Positions 50,096 to 51,896 of a stretch of 51,896 nucleotides of DNA are shown here, in pieces (position 1 is the first letter of the stretch; each line of letters begins with the position of its first letter). The stretch comes from Octopus bimaculoides (lineage: Eukaryota), in NCBI RefSeq assembly GCF_001194135.2, contig NC_068986.1, forward strand, positions 77,447,772 through 77,499,667, read 5' to 3'. Under the pieces are notes generated by a model, which saw only the letters and a program-made list of their open reading frames with translations, was not told the origin of the DNA and did no database searches. Both the position numbers and the translations under genes were made by a program.

Positions 50096-50224
50096 CTGAA
50101 AACTTTTTTTCTGAGGGTATAAAGAACCTTGTGTGATGATAAACAGTCTGTATGTCTGTCTACATCATCATTATCATTTAATGTCTGTTTTCCATGTTAG
50201 CATGAGTTGGACTAACAAACACAT

Positions 50225-50283
<59 letters not shown>

Positions 50284-51326
50284 TTTATATATATATAAAT
50301 ATGTGTTCGTTCTTTTTTCCGTCCTTGTTTTTGTATACATTTACTGCTTTTTTCCAAGGAATCTAATGCTCTTAGCTTNNNNNNNNNNNNNNNNNNNNNN
50401 NNNNNNNNNNNNNNNNNNNNNNNNNNNNNNNNNNNNNNNNNNNNNNNNNNNNNNNNNNNNNNNNNNNNNNNNNNNNNNNNNNNNNNNNNNNNNNNNNNNN
50501 NNNNNNNNNNNNNNNNNNNNNNNNNNNNNNNNNNNNNNNNNNNNNNNNNNNNNNNNNNNNNNNNNNNNNNNNNNNNNNNNNNNNNNNNNNNNNNNNNNNN
50601 NNNNNNNNNNNNNNNNNNNNNNNNNNNNNNNNNNNNNNNNNNNNNNNNNNNNNNNNNNNNNNNNNNNNNNNNNNNNNNNNNNNNNNNNNNNNNNNNNNNN
50701 NNNNNNNNNNNNNNNNNNNNNNNNNNNNNNNNNNNNNNNNNNNNNNNNNNNNNNNNNNNNNNNNNNNNNNNNNNNNNNNNNNNNNNNNNNNNNNNNNNNN
50801 NNNNNNNNNNNNNNNNNNNNNNNNNNNNNNNNNNNNNNNNNNNNNNNNNNNNNNNNNNNNNNNNNNNNNNNNNNNNNNNNNNNNNNNNNNNNNNNNNNNN
50901 NNNNNNNNNNNNNNNNNNNNNNNNNNNNNNNNNNNNNNNNNNNNNNNNNNNNNNNNNNNNNNNNNNNNNNNNNNNNNNNNNNNNNNNNNNNNNNNNNNNN
51001 NNNNNNNNNNNNNNNNNNNNNNNNNNNNNNNNNNNNNNNNNNNNNNACTAAGTAATTTGTTTTGTTTAGCTTTCACTGAATTCTCTAAAATAAGAAAAAT
51101 TTTAATTTAGAAATATAATTCTTAGCACAACTCAAATTTAAAATAGCAGTTCGATGTCTTTTCCACCCTACCTCCTCTTAATCTGATGTTTATATAATAT
51201 TTATTAATTAATATTCAAATTTTAAAGTTTAATTAAAAAAGAATCATAAAATTAATTTTTAAGGAATTTAATTAAGTATCTTAGTTACACTTAAAATGGT
51301 ATTGCTATTTACAGACAATAATAATA

Positions 51327-51361
<35 letters not shown>

Positions 51362-51619
51362 AATAATAATAACCATGGTTATTGTTCTTGTTATTGCTAA
51401 GTTTATGTCTATTGATAATTAATAATTATAATAAATAGATGTAAATTAAGCAATTTTTCTCTTCCCTCTGTTACTACTTGAGTTACGAATGAAAACCCAA
51501 CAGGACTGAAAGCTGTGTTGAACGATAACATTACACTATATTGCCTGTCCAAGGTTACTGTTGTCTCTTGGCAGCTACTTGTTATCTAACCAATATTAAA
51601 GGAAAAGTAAAAATAATAA

Positions 51620-51840
51620 TATTATCTTTTCTGTGATAGGTACAAAGCCTGAAATTTTACAAGAGAGTGTAGTCGATTATATCAACCCCAGTATTCAGCT
51701 GGTATTTATTTTATTGACTTTGAAAGGATGAAAGGCAAAGTTAACCTTGGCAGGATTTGAATTGAGAACGTAAGGCTGGACGAAATGCTGCTAAGCTTTT
51801 TACCTGGCATCACTATTGATTCTTCCAGCTTGCTGCCCTT

Positions 51841-51842
<2 letters not shown>
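51620..51842 (-). mobile_element. Family-B SINE preceded (on its own strand) by (TTA)n
   Basis: Same motifs; (AAT)n run on the plus strand to the window end. Confidence 0.8.

Positions 51843-51896
<54 letters not shown>

Larger units (their letters stand above)
5840..51046. other. Nine assembly gaps: 5840-5849, 11439-12239, 29891-30133, 36337-37246, 42547-42849, 45711-46577, 47661-47986, 48555-48564, 50379-51046
   Basis: N runs, most flanked by (TA)n/(CA)n; exons could be hidden in them. Confidence 0.95.

Noticed and set aside
11348-51076. Long ORFs made of X, or of YI/TH/CV/ER/LS repeats
   Set aside because: Artefacts of N gaps and dinucleotide or tetranucleotide microsatellites.
1-51896. 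CRISPR arrays, rRNA or true tRNA genes, prokaryotic systems
   Set aside because: None seen. The A/B boxes belong to SINE heads and the tandem repeats lack repeat-spacer structure.

Overview
Eukaryotic, AT-rich, microsatellite-laden genomic DNA with nine N-gaps (~4.1 kb in total). The repeat complement (tRNA-headed SINEs, RTE tails ending in (GAT)n, R4/Dong-like LINEs, dense (TA)n/(CA)n) suggests an octopus or other coleoid cephalopod; this is an inference, not a database match. The only clear host gene is a multi-exon minus-strand gene. It has three well-supported, phase-compatible exons (8979-9101, 6091-6328 and a 1.3-kb Ser/Thr-rich terminal exon at 704-2025), several weaker small exons at 9.5-10.2 kb, 16.4 kb and 21.7 kb, and a possible promoter near 22 kb. 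I could not identify the gene. The rest is intron/intergenic DNA full of transposon relics: Penelope-like (one with a minimal hammerhead-ribozyme motif), Tigger/pogo, hAT, Tc1, mariner, RTE, CR1/L2-like, Tx1/L1-like and R4/Dong-like elements, a probable solo LTR, MITEs and SINEs. The most notable unexplained structures are several long inverted repeats that could form dsRNA, an in-frame UAG that doubles as a weak splice acceptor, a cluster of R4/Dong-like elements abutting (TATG)n, and an octamer/CCAAT-bearing ~327-bp tandem repeat. I found no clear new multi-gene system. All alignments and family assignments were made by eye and from memory of family motifs; no searches were run.
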